This document shows positions 1 through 7,426 of a stretch of DNA of 10,646 nt, piece by piece. The notes under the pieces are model-generated. The model was given only the letters and a program-made list of their open reading frames with translations. It did no database searches and was not told the DNA's origin. A program made the position numbers and the translations under genes. This DNA is from Atribacterota bacterium (GTDB taxonomy: Bacteria; Atribacterota; Phoenicimicrobiia; Phoenicimicrobiales; Phoenicimicrobiaceae): positions 1 to 10,646 of the forward strand of contig JBBRDV010000047.1 in assembly GCA_038203565.1 (NCBI GenBank), read 5' to 3'. Numbering within the stretch: the stretch's first letter is position 1; each line of letters starts with the position of its first letter.

Positions 1-762
1 AAGATTAGAGGGAACGATATTTCCATGATCTTCCAGGAACCAATGACCTCCTTAAACCCGGTATATACTATTGGTGAACAGATTTCAGAAGCTATAGTGC
101 TCCATCAAAAATTAGGTAAAGAAAAAGCCTTAAAAAAAACCATAGAGATGTTAAGCCTAGTAAGCATGCCTTCTCCCGAAACCAGAGTTCATGAATATCC
201 TCATGAATTAAGCGGAGGGCAAAGACAGAGAGCAATGATTGCCATGGCTTTATCTTGTAATCCGGATTTATTAATTGCCGACGAGCCAACAACCGCTTTA
301 GATGTTACCATTCAAGCTCAAATTTTAGAACTGATCAAGAAATTAAAAGATGAAATTGGTATGTCAGTTTTAATGATTACTCATGATTTGGGTGTCATTG
401 CTGAAGTAGCGCATGATGTAGTAGTTGTATATGCTGGTAAAGCGGTAGAATATGCAGATGTGAAAACCATCTTTAAAAATCCAAGACACCCCTATACTAT
501 GGCTCTCCAAAATTCCATTCCTCGTCTAACCGATAAACCAGGAAAAAAACTCGAAGTGATTCAGGGTGGAATTCCTGATCCTTTAGCTTTGCCTTCTGGA
601 TGCAAGTTTCATCCCCGCTGTAAGTTTGTTATAGATCTTTGCAAAAAAGAAGAGCCTGAACTTGAAAAGATAGAAGGCAACCATATTGTACGGTGCTGGA
701 TGTATAATAAAGAAAAGGCGATTAATTTTAAGACTATTCAAGAAACAGCAGGCGTTACCTAA
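1..762 (+). CDS. oppD: Oligopeptide/dipeptide ABC transporter ATP-binding subunit (OppD/DppD family), 5'-truncated by the window edge
   Basis: Frame is open from base 1 ([20 protein letters not shown]). It contains the Q-loop FQEP, signature LSGGQRQR, Walker B/D-loop [13 protein letters not shown]-loop ITHDL and a C-terminal HPYT...CKFHPRC...C...C domain. Walker A lies upstream of the window, so ATG 25 is not the true start. Confidence 0.93.
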   Translation, partial: KIRGNDISMIFQEPMTSLNPVYTIGEQISEAIVLHQKLGKEKALKKTIEMLSLVSMPSPETRVHEYPHELSGGQRQRAMIAMALSCNPDLLIADEPTTALDVTIQAQILELIKKLKDEIGMSVLMITHDLGVIAEVAHDVVVVYAGKAVEYADVKTIFKNPRHPYTMALQNSIPRLTDKPGKKLEVIQGGIPDPLALPSGCKFHPRCKFVIDLCKKEEPELEKIEGNHIVRCWMYNKEKAINFKTIQETAGVT

Positions 763-805
763 AATTGATGATCATTTAAGATTTAGATCGCTGGAGGTAA
801 AGGGA

Positions 806-1780
806 TTGGAAAACAATGTATTACTCAAAGTAAGAAATTTAAAAAAATATTTTCCGGTGAGAGGGGGAATATTATCCAAGGTAATAGGATATGTCCAGGC
901 GGTAGATGAAATAAGTTTTGATATTAAAGGGGGAGAAACTTTAGGTCTGGTGGGAGAATCAGGCTGTGGTAAAACTACTGCGGGGAGAACGATTATAAGA
1001 CTTTTAGAACCCACTGCCGGAGAGGTAGATTTTGAAGGGGAAAATGTCTTTAAATTAAGCAAAGAGGAACTCAGGAAAGCAAGGCGTAATATTCAAATAA
1101 TATTTCAGGATCCTTTTGGTTCTCTAAATCCCCGAATGACTGTAGGTGATATAGTAGGAGAGTCATTAATGATTCATAAGATTGCCAAGAATAAAAAGGA
1201 AAAAGAGGAAAGAGTCAAGGATCTATTAGAAACCGTAGGTTTAAATGCAGGACATATAAGAAGATATCCCCATGAATTTAGCGGAGGACAGAGACAAAGA
1301 ATCGGAATAGCCCGAGCTTTGGCTTTGAATCCTAAATTAGTAATTTGTGATGAACCCGTATCTGCACTTGATGTTTCTATCCAAGCTCAAGTAATAAATT
1401 TATTAGAAGATTTACAAGAAAAATTTAAGCTTACTTATTTGTTTATTGCTCACGATTTGAGTGTGGTAAAACACATTTCTGATAGAGTTGCAGTAATGTA
1501 TTTGGGTAAGATTGTAGAGCTGACCTCTACTTATGAATTATATGATAATCCTCAACATCCTTATACAGAAGCGCTTCTTTCAGCTGTTCCTATTCCTGAC
1601 CCTACTCTTAAGAGACAAAGGATTGTTTTAGAGGGAGATGTTCCAAGTCCTTTTAAACCACCTGCGGGCTGTCGTTTTCACCCAAGATGTCAATACGCTA
1701 TACCAATTTGCAGCCAGGAAGAACCTGAATTAATTGATATCGGCAAGGGACATTATGTAGCCTGCCATTTAAGAAAATAA
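806..1780 (+). CDS. oppF: Oligopeptide/dipeptide ABC transporter ATP-binding subunit (OppF/DppF family)
   Basis: Walker A GESGCGKT, signature FSGGQRQR, Walker [13 protein letters not shown]-loop IAHDL, C-terminal HPYTEALL...CRFHPRC...C...C. Start reassigned from 686 to the in-frame TTG at 806, which follows GGAGGT (793-798) by 7 nt and removes the overlap with oppD. Confidence 0.92.
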   Translation: MENNVLLKVRNLKKYFPVRGGILSKVIGYVQAVDEISFDIKGGETLGLVGESGCGKTTAGRTIIRLLEPTAGEVDFEGENVFKLSKEELRKARRNIQIIFQDPFGSLNPRMTVGDIVGESLMIHKIAKNKKEKEERVKDLLETVGLNAGHIRRYPHEFSGGQRQRIGIARALALNPKLVICDEPVSALDVSIQAQVINLLEDLQEKFKLTYLFIAHDLSVVKHISDRVAVMYLGKIVELTSTYELYDNPQHPYTEALLSAVPIPDPTLKRQRIVLEGDVPSPFKPPAGCRFHPRCQYAIPICSQEEPELIDIGKGHYVACHLRK

Positions 1781-1809
1781 GATATTTTATATTTATATCT
1801 AAAAAGCTT

Positions 1810-1837
1810 TTGTTTTTTATTCTTTTTATATTATAAT
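1810..1837 (+). promoter_or_regulatory. Possible sigma70 promoter for tRNA-Leu/hypA
   Basis: TTGTTT (1810-1815), 16-nt spacer, perfect TATAAT (1832-1837). A second TATAAT lies at 1862-1867. The region is very AT-rich, so chance matches are likely. Confidence 0.35.
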
Positions 1838-1922
1838 TAAGGTTATTGTAGCGAGTGAACATATAATTTACATTTTACTCATTAAAAATTTGTGCAATCA
1901 TTTTTAATTATATTAAGATTTT

Positions 1923-2010
1923 GCCGGGATGGCGGAATAGGTAGACGCGCCAGCTTGAGGGGCTGGTGAGCTTATTGCTTGTGGGGGTTCAAATCCCCCT
2001 CTCGGCACCA
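1923..2010 (+). tRNA. tRNA-Leu, anticodon GAG
   Basis: Acceptor stem GCCGGGA/TCTCGGC, D arm GCG-GAATAGGTAGA-CGC, anticodon stem CCAGC/GCTGG with loop TT-GAG-GG (GAG at 1957-1959), long class II variable arm TGAGC-TTATT-GCTTG, T arm GGGGG-TTCAAAT-CCCCC, discriminator A and encoded CCA (88 nt). Confidence 0.97.
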
Positions 2011-2020
2011 ATAAATTATT

Positions 2021-2058
2021 CAATGAAAAGAGGAAGGAGTAACTTCCTCTTTTCATTG
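2021..2058 (+). terminator. Perfect 16-bp hairpin after tRNA-Leu, probable intrinsic (possibly bidirectional) terminator
   Basis: CAATGAAAAGAGGAAG (2021-2036), loop GAGTAA, CTTCCTCTTTTCATTG (2043-2058). The arms are exact reverse complements, with A4/T4 tracts flanking the core stem. Confidence 0.75.
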
Positions 2059-2077
2059 TTAGCTAAAAGAGGGAAAG

Positions 2078-2419
2078 ATGCATGAGGCTTCAATTGCTCA
2101 AAATCTATTAGAAATTGCTTTAGATAAAGCCAAAGATCATAAAGCAAAGAAGATAACGGTTATCAGGGTAAAAGTTGGAGAATTTACCGGAGTAAACCAA
2201 GCTGCTTTAGAGTTCGCCTTTGATAATTTTAGCCAAGGAACCATTGCGGAAAAAGCATCTTTGAAAATAATATCCTCTCCCTTATTAGGGAAATGCCGAA
2301 AGTGTAACCAAGCTTTCGAGATTAAAAAAGATAATTTTATATGTTCGAAATGTCATAGTCTGGAGATAGATATAATTTCCGGTGAAGATTTATATATTGA
2401 AGATATTGAGATAGAATAA
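2078..2419 (+). CDS. hypA: Hydrogenase maturation nickel metallochaperone HypA
   Basis: N-terminal Ni-binding MHE motif, VGEFTGV...LEFAF, two Zn-binding CxxC motifs (CRKC, CSKC), C-terminal SGEDLYIEDIEIE, 113 aa. RBS AGAGGG upstream. Confidence 0.96.
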   Translation: MHEASIAQNLLEIALDKAKDHKAKKITVIRVKVGEFTGVNQAALEFAFDNFSQGTIAEKASLKIISSPLLGKCRKCNQAFEIKKDNFICSKCHSLEIDIISGEDLYIEDIEIE

Positions 2420-2446
2420 AATATTTAAATTTTTTTAAAAAAAACT

Positions 2447-2475
2447 TTGAATTGAATAAAATAAAATGTTATACT
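2447..2475 (+). promoter_or_regulatory. Sigma70-type promoter of the mbh operon with extended -10
   Basis: -35 TTGAAT (2447-2452), 17-nt spacer, TG at 2467-2468, -10 TATACT (2470-2475). T/A tracts upstream (about 2420-2444) resemble an UP element, and RBS GGGGG lies at 2500-2504. Confidence 0.75.
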
Positions 2476-2506
2476 CTATTTTGTTAATTTAAGTTAAAAG
2501 GGGGAA

Positions 2507-3019
2507 ATGATGATAGATTTTATTGTAACCTTTTTGCTTAGTATGCTTACCTATCTAATTCTTACCGCCAGTCAGGGAGAAGTATGGGGGTTATGGAGTA
2601 TTTTCGAAATTATAACCGGAATTTTTCTTTCTCTCGTTGTAGCCTTTATAGCCAATAAGGTATTATTTCAAAAAAGAACTTACAGAATGTTAAACCCATT
2701 TAGATGGGTTATTTTTTTGGTCTATTTAATTGGACCATTCTTTTGGGCAATGACTAAAGCAAATATTGACGTCGCTTACCGAGTAATTACCGGGAAAATA
2801 AATCCTGGTATTGTAAAAATATCTACCGGATTAAAAACCGACTTGGGGATAACTTTACTGGCAGATTCGATTACTTTAACCCCAGGGACCCTCACTGTTG
2901 ATATTGATGAAAAAAGTAATGATTTATACATTCATTGGATAAATGTTACTACTTTAAAACCGACTACATCTGATATTTGTGCTAATTTTCCTCAATGGAT
3001 AAGGAGGATTGCAGAATGA
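2507..3019 (+). CDS. mbhA: Mbh subunit A (MrpE/MnhE family Na+/H+ antiporter subunit)
   Basis: Hydrophobic N-terminus, KANIDVAYRV, INPGIV, SITLTPGTLTVD, LYIHWI motifs of MrpE/MbhA. First gene of the operon. The second ATG (2510) may be the real start given RBS spacing. Confidence 0.9.
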   Translation: MMIDFIVTFLLSMLTYLILTASQGEVWGLWSIFEIITGIFLSLVVAFIANKVLFQKRTYRMLNPFRWVIFLVYLIGPFFWAMTKANIDVAYRVITGKINPGIVKISTGLKTDLGITLLADSITLTPGTLTVDIDEKSNDLYIHWINVTTLKPTTSDICANFPQWIRRIAE

Positions 3020-3288
3020 ACGAATTTTTTAAAATTTTTATTATTCCCGGTGGATTATTGCTGTTATTTATGTTTTTATCTTTAATTAGATTGATCCTCG
3101 GGCCCACCGTTCCTGATAGAGTAGTAGCCTTAGATACTATAAATACTTTAGTGGTAGCGGGAATGATCCTTGTAGGCGCAGCCTATGAAGAAGTCATTTA
3201 TATTGATGTAGCCATTGTTTATGCCTTGCTATCCTATATTGGAACTTTATATGTAGCCAAATATTTAGAAGGAGGACCTGAGAAGTAA
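3016..3288 (+). CDS. mbhB: Mbh subunit B (MrpF/MnhF family)
   Basis: RLILGPTVPDRVVALDTIN and YIDVAIVYALLSYIGT motifs, 3 TM segments. Start reassigned to ATG 3016 (ATGA overlap with the mbhA stop, RBS AAGGAGG 3001-3007). Confidence 0.9.
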   Translation: MNEFFKIFIIPGGLLLLFMFLSLIRLILGPTVPDRVVALDTINTLVVAGMILVGAAYEEVIYIDVAIVYALLSYIGTLYVAKYLEGGPEK

Positions 3289-3650
3289 TGGAAATATTGT
3301 TAACTATTTTATATATTTTTTTAGGAATAGGTGTATTTTTTAATTGTTTAGGTTCAATAGGTCTTCTTAGGTTTCCTGATGTCTATACCAGACTTCATGC
3401 TGCAACCAAAGCAACTACCTTTGGTTCAATTTTTACTTCATTGGCAGTTATTATCTATAGTTTTTACCAGTTAAATACTACCGGGAACTCTAAGTTTTTA
3501 ATTCTTGCTCTTCATACCATTGTGGCATTGGTTTGTTTAATAATTACCAACCCAACAGGGGCACATGCTATTGCCCGAGCGGCTTACCGTAGCGGAGTAA
3601 TGCCTAAACAAGCAGTAATTGACGAATTAAAGGAGGCTAAATTAAAATGA
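3288..3650 (+). CDS. mbhC: Mbh subunit C (MrpG/MnhG family)
   Basis: GLLRFPDVYTRLHAATK and TNPTGAHAIARAAY motifs. TAATG overlap with mbhB, RBS AAGGAGG upstream. Confidence 0.92.
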   Translation: MEILLTILYIFLGIGVFFNCLGSIGLLRFPDVYTRLHAATKATTFGSIFTSLAVIIYSFYQLNTTGNSKFLILALHTIVALVCLIITNPTGAHAIARAAYRSGVMPKQAVIDELKEAKLK

Positions 3651-3886
3651 GTTCCTTTGTTGAGATAATCCATATTTCTACCTTAGCAATGATGATAATT
3701 GCTAGTTTTTTAGCAGTAGTTTTTAAGAAATTATTGCCCTCAATAGTTGCCTTATCGGTAGCCAGCCTACTTCTTTCATTAGAATTTTACCTTTTACATG
3801 CTCCCGATGTAGCCATAGCCGAAGCAGCTATCGGAGCAGGATTGACTATGGCAATATTTATTTTTGCTATTAGAGGGACTAGATAG
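3647..3886 (+). CDS. mbhD: Mbh subunit D (MrpA C-terminal-like, DUF4040/MbhD)
   Basis: LHAPDVAIAEAAIGAGL motif, 79 aa, 3 TM segments, ATGA overlap with mbhC. Confidence 0.88.
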   Translation: MSSFVEIIHISTLAMMIIASFLAVVFKKLLPSIVALSVASLLLSLEFYLLHAPDVAIAEAAIGAGLTMAIFIFAIRGTR

Positions 3887-3898
3887 GGGGAGGATAAA

Positions 3899-4165
3899 AT
3901 GAAAAAAATAATTTTTGGTCTTGCTTTTATAATATTTTTTTCTTTCTTGATAGTTAGCGCCATAAACATGAGAACATTCGGAGAACCTACTATTAGCGAG
4001 ATGGATGATTACTTTATTGAAAATGCTCAAAACGAGACCGGGGCAAACAATGTAGTAACTTCCATCGTCTTCGATTATAGAGGTTTTGATACTTTAGGGG
4101 AAGCTACAGTTCTTTTTACCGCAGTGGTGGGGGTTGTAGCCCTGTTCAGGGGGGTTAAGAAATGA
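3899..4165 (+). CDS. mbhE: Mbh subunit E (MrpA C-terminal/MbhE family)
   Basis: ETGANNVVTSIVFDYRGFDTLGEATVLFTA motif. RBS GGGGAGGA upstream. Confidence 0.9.
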   Translation: MKKIIFGLAFIIFFSFLIVSAINMRTFGEPTISEMDDYFIENAQNETGANNVVTSIVFDYRGFDTLGEATVLFTAVVGVVALFRGVKK

Positions 4166-4638
4166 AAGAGATGTCTAGAATAATAAAGACTGTTACCAAT
4201 TTTGTGTACGGTTTTATTATTATTTTTGGTTTTTATATAATAGTACACGGTCACCTTACTCCAGGGGGAGGCTTTCAGGGAGGTGCTGTAGTAGGCTCTG
4301 CTTTCGCTTTACTATTAATATCTTATGGCAGTATGAATTCTAATAAATTTCTTAAAGAGGATATTTTTTCACTCTTTGAAGGCTTTGGTTTAATTTTGTT
4401 TATAGTATTAGGTTTTTCGGGATTAGGAATAACCTTTTTTTATAACTTTTTAGCTAACAGCGGGGGCTGGTTCGGTGACACTGCTGTGATCGGTGTTAAT
4501 CCAGGTGACATGAATACCGCAGGAGTAATTCCCCTGATGAATATTGCCGTTGGATTAGAAGTTTTATCTGCCTTCGGGGTTATTGTTTTAACTATGGCTA
4601 GGGGAGCGGAATTTACCAAGAAGAAGGAGAATTCATAA
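4162..4638 (+). CDS. mbhF: Mbh subunit F (MrpB/MnhB domain)
   Basis: HGHLTPGGGFQGG motif and NIAVGLEV. ATGA overlap with mbhE. Confidence 0.9.
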   Translation: MKEMSRIIKTVTNFVYGFIIIFGFYIIVHGHLTPGGGFQGGAVVGSAFALLLISYGSMNSNKFLKEDIFSLFEGFGLILFIVLGFSGLGITFFYNFLANSGGWFGDTAVIGVNPGDMNTAGVIPLMNIAVGLEVLSAFGVIVLTMARGAEFTKKKENS

Positions 4639-4639
4639 A

Positions 4640-4987
4640 ATGATAGGCAATTTACCTTATGTTGTAGTCGTCATATCTATTGGATTAGGAATTTATACTC
4701 TTATGTTTAAGAGAAATTTAATAAAAATTGCGATTGGTATTTGTTTGATTGAAAATGGCGTAAATCTATTTTTAATTACTTTGGGATATAGAAAAGGCGC
4801 AGTAGCTCCCATCTATACCTATGCACCCTCCGGGCAGGCAATGGTCTTACCAACTCCTCAAGCATTGACTCTTACCAGTATAGTTATAGGTATCGCCACT
4901 ACTGCCCTTATATTATCGATTGCCATGATGATTTATAAACACTACGGGACTTTGGATACAGACCAGGTAAGGAGGTTGAAAGGATGA
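4640..4987 (+). CDS. mbhG: Mbh subunit G (MrpC/MnhC, NuoK-like)
   Basis: NLIKIAIG, ENGVNLFLI, PTPQALTLTSIVIG, YGTLD motifs. RBS AAGGAG upstream. Confidence 0.9.
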   Translation: MIGNLPYVVVVISIGLGIYTLMFKRNLIKIAIGICLIENGVNLFLITLGYRKGAVAPIYTYAPSGQAMVLPTPQALTLTSIVIGIATTALILSIAMMIYKHYGTLDTDQVRRLKG

Positions 4988-6549
4988 ATCTATCGAACCA
5001 TATTCCTATATTAATAATAGCTATACCTCTATTGGCAGCTTTTTTAGTACCGCTTATCAGCCGGATAAATAAAAAAGCTACGGGGATTCTTACCACCCTT
5101 GCTTTAAGTGTAAGTTTACTTTTAACCATTGTATTAGCGGTTAAAATATTAACAGTTGGTCCCCAAGTTTATGTCTTTGGTGCAACATCTCCTTCTTTGA
5201 CTTTGCCTTCTGGTTTAAAATTTCCCATCAGAATTATGTTCCAGATAGATGCGATGAGTATATTTATGGGCTTGATTACTGCAGTCGTTTCTTTTCTGGG
5301 GGCGACCTATTCTTTATCTTTTACAAAAAAATATGATGGAGTGGATAAATATTATTCCCTTTTATTACTTTTAACTGTAGGTATATTTGGAATGGAGTTT
5401 ACCGGTGATATATTTAACTTCTTTGTATTCCTGGAAATTGCTTCTATTGCCTCTGTTGCCTTAATTTCTTTCAGAGGAGTTGATTTGGGTGAACCGGCGG
5501 AAGCGGGTTTTAAATATATGGTAGTTAGTTCAGTATCTGCTCTAATGGTTTTATTTGCTATAGGTATTTTTTACGGAGAATACGATGTTCTTAATATTGC
5601 AGCGATAGCCAGCGTGATTAAATACTCTCAATTAGACAAGATTGCCTTAGGTCTTTTAATGCCAGTGCTGGCCATGAAGGCGGGAGCGGTACCGATGCAC
5701 ATGTGGACACCAGATGCTTATTCGGAGGCACCTGCACCGATCACCATGATGTTGGTTGCTGCTAGCCAGGCCAGCCTGTATGCTTTGTTTAGAGTAGTTT
5801 TTTCTTTATATAATATTTCTTTAAATACCTTAACCGTAGGGTGGATAATTATTATTTTTGGTCTTTTATCTATGTTTATCGGAGTTACTATGGCTATTAT
5901 TCAAAAAGATATAAAGAGGCTTATGGCCTATCATGCTATCTCTCAGACCGGATATATGCTTCTGGGGGTAGGAGTAGGATTGGCAGTTTTGGCCAACCCG
6001 GAAGCATTAAAGAATTATGGAATTACCGCTATGGAGGGTGGAATATTTCACATTATGAATCATGCTATGTATAAGGGCTTACTGTTTTTGACTGCCGGCG
6101 CATTATTCTTCAGGACAGGGACTAGAGATCTTAATAAGATGGGCGGATTAGCTCACTATATGAAATATACTACCATCTTTTTTATTATTGGAGCAGCAGC
6201 TATTGCCGGGCTTCCTCCTTTTAATGGTTTTGCCTCTAAACTTTTAATTTATGAATCTGTATATAAGTTTAATCCCTTGCTTTCTATCATAGCTATGGTA
6301 GTTAGCATCTTAACTTTGGCATCATTTGTTAAAGTATTTCATAGTGCGTTTTTAGGTCCAAAATTACCTCAATTTAAAGAAGTTAAGGAAGTCCCGCGCA
6401 GTATGGTCTTTGCTATGGCCGTTCTATCCTGTATTATAATATTTTTTGGATTATTTCCGGATTTAATAGTAAAAAATTTAGTGCATCCCGCGGTAATGTC
6501 TTTAATAGAACAATTGCAATATACCGGCACAGTATTGGGAGGTATGTAG
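4984..6549 (+). CDS. mbhH: Mbh subunit H (MrpD/NuoN-like proton-translocating subunit)
   Basis: 521 aa polytopic membrane protein with TGDIFNFFVFLE (E151), MKAGAVPMHMWTPDAY (K232), QKDIKRLMAY, HIMNHAMYKG (H356/H360), AGLPPFNGFASK (K419). Confidence 0.92.
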   Translation: MNLSNHIPILIIAIPLLAAFLVPLISRINKKATGILTTLALSVSLLLTIVLAVKILTVGPQVYVFGATSPSLTLPSGLKFPIRIMFQIDAMSIFMGLITAVVSFLGATYSLSFTKKYDGVDKYYSLLLLLTVGIFGMEFTGDIFNFFVFLEIASIASVALISFRGVDLGEPAEAGFKYMVVSSVSALMVLFAIGIFYGEYDVLNIAAIASVIKYSQLDKIALGLLMPVLAMKAGAVPMHMWTPDAYSEAPAPITMMLVAASQASLYALFRVVFSLYNISLNTLTVGWIIIIFGLLSMFIGVTMAIIQKDIKRLMAYHAISQTGYMLLGVGVGLAVLANPEALKNYGITAMEGGIFHIMNHAMYKGLLFLTAGALFFRTGTRDLNKMGGLAHYMKYTTIFFIIGAAAIAGLPPFNGFASKLLIYESVYKFNPLLSIIAMVVSILTLASFVKVFHSAFLGPKLPQFKEVKEVPRSMVFAMAVLSCIIIFFGLFPDLIVKNLVHPAVMSLIEQLQYTGTVLGGM

Positions 6550-6552
6550 AAA

Positions 6553-6894
6553 ATGTTAGGATTATTAGAAACAGGTAGCGGTTTTTGGAGTGCTATAATT
6601 TGGATATTGCTCGTATTAGTTATTGGAAACCTGGTAATTTATATCAGGAATAAAGGTGAAGATAGTTACAAAAAAAATACCGAGCAGGATAAACCTTTTA
6701 TTTCCGGTAATCCCGAAGAGAGTAAAGAGAGCTCCCATTTAAGTGCGAGCCACATCTATTGGGGGTTTACGGAAGCGTTAAAGGGCTATTATAATCCTTT
6801 AGTAAAAATGCATACCGGAAATATAAATGATTATTCTAGTTGGATAATTGTAATAACCGCAATAATATTAATTATGGTAGGGGTGAGTGGATAA
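6553..6894 (+). CDS. mbhI: Mbh subunit I (small membrane subunit, NuoA N-terminal-like plus lateral helix/TM clamp)
   Basis: 113 aa with N- and C-terminal TM helices, KPFISGNPE, IYWGF and HTGNINDY motifs. Position between mbhH and mbhJ matches MbhI. Confidence 0.82.
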   Translation: MLGLLETGSGFWSAIIWILLVLVIGNLVIYIRNKGEDSYKKNTEQDKPFISGNPEESKESSHLSASHIYWGFTEALKGYYNPLVKMHTGNINDYSSWIIVITAIILIMVGVSG

Positions 6895-7345
6895 AGTGAA
6901 ATTAAATAAATATTTCGAGAGATCTTTATGGGTCTTTCACTTAAATACAGGTTCTTGTAATGGTTGTGACATTGAAATTGTAGCAGGTTTAACTCCCCGT
7001 TATGACTTAGAAAGATTCGGAATTAAATTGGTAGGTAGTCCGAAACACGCTGATGTATTATTAGTAACCGGTCCAGTAACCAGCAAGATGCTCGATAGAG
7101 TGAAACGTGTATATGAGCAAACTCCTGATCCTAAAGCCGTGATAGTAGTTGGAACATGCGGAACAAGTGGAGGGGTTTTTTACGACTCTTATAATTTAGA
7201 AGGTCCAATAGATAAGATTATTCCAGTAGATGTATATGTCCCCGGTTGTCCTGTCCGTCCAGAAGCAATAATATATGGCGTTTTACAAGCCTGGATTAAG
7301 CTGGAAAAGTTAAGAGAAGAAATGAAGGTTGCTCGAGTAAAATAG
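6887..7345 (+). CDS. mbhJ: [NiFe]-hydrogenase small subunit MbhJ (NuoB-like, one [4Fe-4S])
   Basis: GSCNGCDIE, SPKHADVLLVTG, GTCGTSGG, VDVYVPGCP give all four cluster cysteines, with non-adjacent CxxC as in hydrogenases. GTG start overlapping the mbhI stop region by 8 nt. Confidence 0.93.
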   Translation: MDKVKLNKYFERSLWVFHLNTGSCNGCDIEIVAGLTPRYDLERFGIKLVGSPKHADVLLVTGPVTSKMLDRVKRVYEQTPDPKAVIVVGTCGTSGGVFYDSYNLEGPIDKIIPVDVYVPGCPVRPEAIIYGVLQAWIKLEKLREEMKVARVK

Positions 7346-7353
7346 TATCTTGT

Positions 7354-7400
7354 AAAACTATATGCTAAACGCTACCCGCTATACGCTATACTAACGACTA
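7354..7400. repeat. Degenerate period-7 tandem repeat (NNNNCTA)
   Basis: AAAACTA TATGCTA AACGCTA CCCGCTA TACGCTA TACTA ACGACTA in the mbhJ-mbhK intergenic gap. Confidence 0.75.
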
Positions 7401-7426
7401 AAAAGGGAAAGGAGATAATAGATAGA

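Noticed and set aside
92..292. Minus-strand 66-aa ORF
   Set aside because: Antisense shadow of oppD with no recognisable motif.
686..805. 40-aa N-terminal extension of OppF in the ORF track
   Set aside because: Overlaps oppD by 77 nt. The TTG at 806 has a strong, well-spaced RBS.
772..1062. Minus-strand 96-aa ORF
   Set aside because: Antisense shadow of the oppF Walker A region, a typical artefact.
1..1780. Calling the ABC ATPases NikD/NikE because of the nearby hydrogenase
   Set aside because: Both carry the long C-terminal oligopeptide-transporter (HPY) domain typical of OppD/OppF. There is no sequence evidence for nickel specificity.
1780..1827. Intrinsic terminator after oppF
   Set aside because: Only weak AT-rich dyads (AGATAT/ATATCT, AAAAGCTTTT) before the T-rich tract, with no stable stem.
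2481..2499. Rex-like operator TTGTTAATTTAAGTTAAAA at the predicted mbh transcription start
   Set aside because: Only the left half resembles the Rex box (TTGTGAA-N4-TTCACAA), and the spacing of the right half is wrong in an AT-rich background.
3787..4030. Two minus-strand ORFs (60 and 78 aa)
   Set aside because: Antisense to well-supported mbhD/mbhE, no motifs.
4908..5129. Minus-strand 73-aa ORF
   Set aside because: Antisense to mbhG/mbhH.
5841..6074. Plus-strand alternative-frame 77-aa ORF
   Set aside because: Nested in mbhH. The Tyr/Ser-rich composition is typical of an off-frame read of hydrophobic codons.
7354..7400. CRISPR array or small ORF in the mbhJ-mbhK gap
   Set aside because: Units are 7 nt with no spacers, and there is no credible RBS-led ORF.
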